From an uncultured virus (IMG/VR IMGVR_UViG_3300017747_004610) (lineage: Duplodnaviria; Heunggongvirae; Uroviricota; Caudoviricetes), in IMG/VR virus record IMGVR_UViG_3300017747_004610: 20,000 nt of DNA. One strand, written 5' to 3'. Below the pieces are notes generated by a model that worked only from the letters and a program-made list of their open reading frames with translations, did no database searches and was not told where the DNA came from. Below, piece after piece: positions 17,772 through 20,000 of this stretch (positions are counted from its first letter, which is position 1; each line of letters opens with the position of its first letter). The translations under genes were made by a program, and so were the position numbers.

Positions 17772-20000
17772 TTAAGATGAACAACCGAAACATTCAATTT
17801 CAATTCCTTCAGGTTTTGGTGGTAAATTCATACTACTATAATCTACTTTTGGAACCTCAACATTTGGTTTTGGTTTTTGTGTCTTTGAGATATCCAACGC
17901 TAAGTGTTTAGCCCCTGTTGATATCGCTTTAGTTCTTACATAATAACACAAAGTTTTCAATCCTTTTTCCCATGAATGGAAGTGGGATGATGTAATCTTT
18001 GACAATGTCGGGTTAGACATATAGATATTCATAGACTGAGATTGGTCAATGAAAGGTGCTCTGTCAGCCGCCATGTTAATCAATTCTCTCTGAGAAATTT
18101 CCCAAATTGTTTTGTACTTTGGAATTAGGTGTTCAATTCTTTTAACTTTTTTGTTGTAGTTTTTATCTTCAGGGTCAAGATATAAATTAAAGTTAATATT
18201 TTGAATTGAACCTTCATTCAGAATTATTTCATTCTTCAAGTCTTCAGACCAAATGCCAATTTTTTCGAAATCGTTAATCAAGTATTTGTTCACAATCATA
18301 ATTTCACCTCCAACAACTCGTCTGTTGAATAATGCAGAGTGTGCTGGTTCTGTCATTTCAAAAGAACCAGTAATCTTTGCAGATGACGCAACAGGCATCT
18401 GAGCGGTAAATAATGAATTACAAACGCCATACTCCATAACATCTTTCTTCAATGTTTCCCAATCCAAGAATAACTCTGATTCGTTAACACCCCACATATC
18501 AAATTGGAAAATACCTTTCGACATTGGAGAACCTTTGAAGAATTCGTAAGGTCTTCTAATTCCTTTTTTACACAAATCATTACTTTCAGTGACCGCAGCG
18601 AAATAAATTGCTTCAAAAATATTTTTATTCAATGTTTTAGCCTCATCCGAAGTGAAGACATAATCCATAAGACAGAATACGTCAGCTAAACCTTGTACTC
18701 CAATACCAATCGCTCTTTGTTCCAAACCGCCTTTAAGACCTTTCTGAGTTGAATAGTTGTTCTTATCAATAACATTGTTCAATGCACGAACAGCCTTTCT
18801 TACTTCTTCAATCAAAAGTTTATAATCAAACTTTCCGTCAACGATAAAGTTTTTCAAAACGATTGATGATAGTGTACAAATCGCAGTTGTATCCTCATCA
18901 GTATACTGATAAATTTCATTACACAAGTTAGATTGTTTGATTACACCGATGTTTTGATGGTTGGTCTTCTTGTTCGCACTATCTTTAGCACATAAGTAAG
19001 GGACACCAGTTTCAACTTGGGATTCGATTACTTTACTCCAAATCTCTTGTGCCTTTACCTTACGACCAATACCAGCATTTACAGCCAACTGATAGTTTCT
19101 TTCATACTCGTCACCAAAACATTCCTGTAAAGGTTTGATACCTGCTTTGATAATATCATTTGGACAGAACAAATACCAATCTTCATTGTTTTTAACTGCT
19201 CTCATGAAATTATCAGGAATCCAAAGTGCTGTAAACAAATCTCTTGCTCTTAATTCTTCTGCCCCTGTATTCTTTTTGATATCCAATAAATCAAAGATAT
19301 CTTTGTGCCATGGTTCCAAGTATATCGCAGCACTACCAGGCCTTCTTCCTTGTTGGTTAAAGAATCTCAATGACTCGTTTACAATCTTAAGATATTTTAA
19401 CAACCCACCAGCGAAACCACCAGATGATTTGATTCTACTTTCTTTACTCCTGATGTTGGACATAGATAATCCAATACCTGCAGCATCTGAAGAATATGTT
19501 GAAATATCATTCAAGGTTTTCAATAATCCATCTCTTGAATCTGAGTTGTTGTAATGTAACACACAAGATGCTAACTGAGGAACTTTAGTTCCTGAGTTAA
19601 TCATAATTGGAGTCGCTTTAGAAATACGTTGACTTGATAATGAATGGTAGTATTCTACCGCTTCTTCGAATGAATTAGTAACCCACAGAGCAACTCTCAT
19701 ATACATGTGTTGAGGTCTTTCAATTACTTTACCTTGTGGAGTTTTCAACAAATACATTTCTTGTAATGATCTCCATCCAAAATAATCAAAGTTGTAATCA
19801 TTCTCATGATTGATAACCTCATCAATCTTAGAAGGTCCATACTTCTCAATCATCTCCATAAGTTCATCGTGAACAACACCATCAACATGAAGGGTATGCA
19901 TCACATTTGAAAAACTTGGGTCAGTTTCTTTATGATACGATGAGATAGCTACTGACGCAGCAAGTCTCGAATAATCATAGTGACTTCCAGTATATGCCGC
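17772..20000 (-). CDS. nrdA: Ribonucleoside-diphosphate reductase class Ia alpha subunit (eukaryote-like/Bacteroidota-type), 5'-partial
   Basis: Catalytic motifs QLASC, QSNLCNEI, TAICTL, radical-transfer YYVR, C-terminal CxxC (CFGCSS), and EELRARDLF / YLEPWH as in RRM1-type enzymes. The frame stays open past the track start (19904) to the window edge (AAYTGSHYDYSRLAASVAISSYHKETDPSF, resembling the end of an ATP cone), so the real start lies beyond 20000. Confidence 0.97.
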   Translation of the reverse strand, partial: AAYTGSHYDYSRLAASVAISSYHKETDPSFSNVMHTLHVDGVVHDELMEMIEKYGPSKIDEVINHENDYNFDYFGWRSLQEMYLLKTPQGKVIERPQHMYMRVALWVTNSFEEAVEYYHSLSSQRISKATPIMINSGTKVPQLASCVLHYNNSDSRDGLLKTLNDISTYSSDAAGIGLSMSNIRSKESRIKSSGGFAGGLLKYLKIVNESLRFFNQQGRRPGSAAIYLEPWHKDIFDLLDIKKNTGAEELRARDLFTALWIPDNFMRAVKNNEDWYLFCPNDIIKAGIKPLQECFGDEYERNYQLAVNAGIGRKVKAQEIWSKVIESQVETGVPYLCAKDSANKKTNHQNIGVIKQSNLCNEIYQYTDEDTTAICTLSSIVLKNFIVDGKFDYKLLIEEVRKAVRALNNVIDKNNYSTQKGLKGGLEQRAIGIGVQGLADVFCLMDYVFTSDEAKTLNKNIFEAIYFAAVTESNDLCKKGIRRPYEFFKGSPMSKGIFQFDMWGVNESELFLDWETLKKDVMEYGVCNSLFTAQMPVASSAKITGSFEMTEPAHSALFNRRVVGGEIMIVNKYLINDFEKIGIWSEDLKNEIILNEGSIQNINFNLYLDPEDKNYNKKVKRIEHLIPKYKTIWEISQRELINMAADRAPFIDQSQSMNIYMSNPTLSKITSSHFHSWEKGLKTLCYYVRTKAISTGAKHLALDISKTQKPKPNVEVPKVDYSSMNLPPKPEGIEIECFGCSS

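Noticed and set aside
575..19554. Remaining short + strand ORFs and nested minus-strand ORFs (5084..5302, 5986..6261, 15343..15555)
   Set aside because: All lie within or almost entirely within long, well-supported minus-strand genes and show no recognisable motifs.
1..20000. Genome-wide TAG-to-Gln reassignment (code 15)
   Set aside because: Only one internal TAG occurs in roughly 6500 codons, and all other genes are intact under code 11. Not supported from this window alone.
17772..20000. Intein or intron in nrdA
   Set aside because: Motif spacing and length match an uninterrupted enzyme; no splicing or homing-endonuclease motifs were seen in the visible part.

Overview
AT-rich segment of a large myovirus-type (contractile-tail) phage genome; every credible gene is on the minus strand. 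Reading from 20000 down to 1: a class Ia ribonucleotide reductase alpha subunit (5' end outside the window) and an intrinsic terminator. A tightly coupled baseplate/tail operon follows: gp25-like wedge, gp6/baseplate-J-like wedge, a 1581-aa protein with a hydrophobic/Cys-rich insert, several hypothetical structural proteins (one PKD-like), a P2 gpI/gp7-like wedge protein, a 7x SprB-repeat adhesin, a small single-repeat adaptor, and the start of a Gly-Ser-Ser repeat fibre gene that the ORF track missed. Most notable points: (1) ORFs 4485..5978 and 2991..4352 look like one gene interrupted by a single in-frame TAG (readthrough/recoding versus point mutation or sequencing error); (2) the wedge protein and the SprB adhesin share a C-terminal domain, a candidate docking module; (3) TATTTATA, the reverse complement of the T4 late promoter, lies on the coding strand in all four sizeable intergenic gaps. 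A Bacteroidota host is inferred, not shown.
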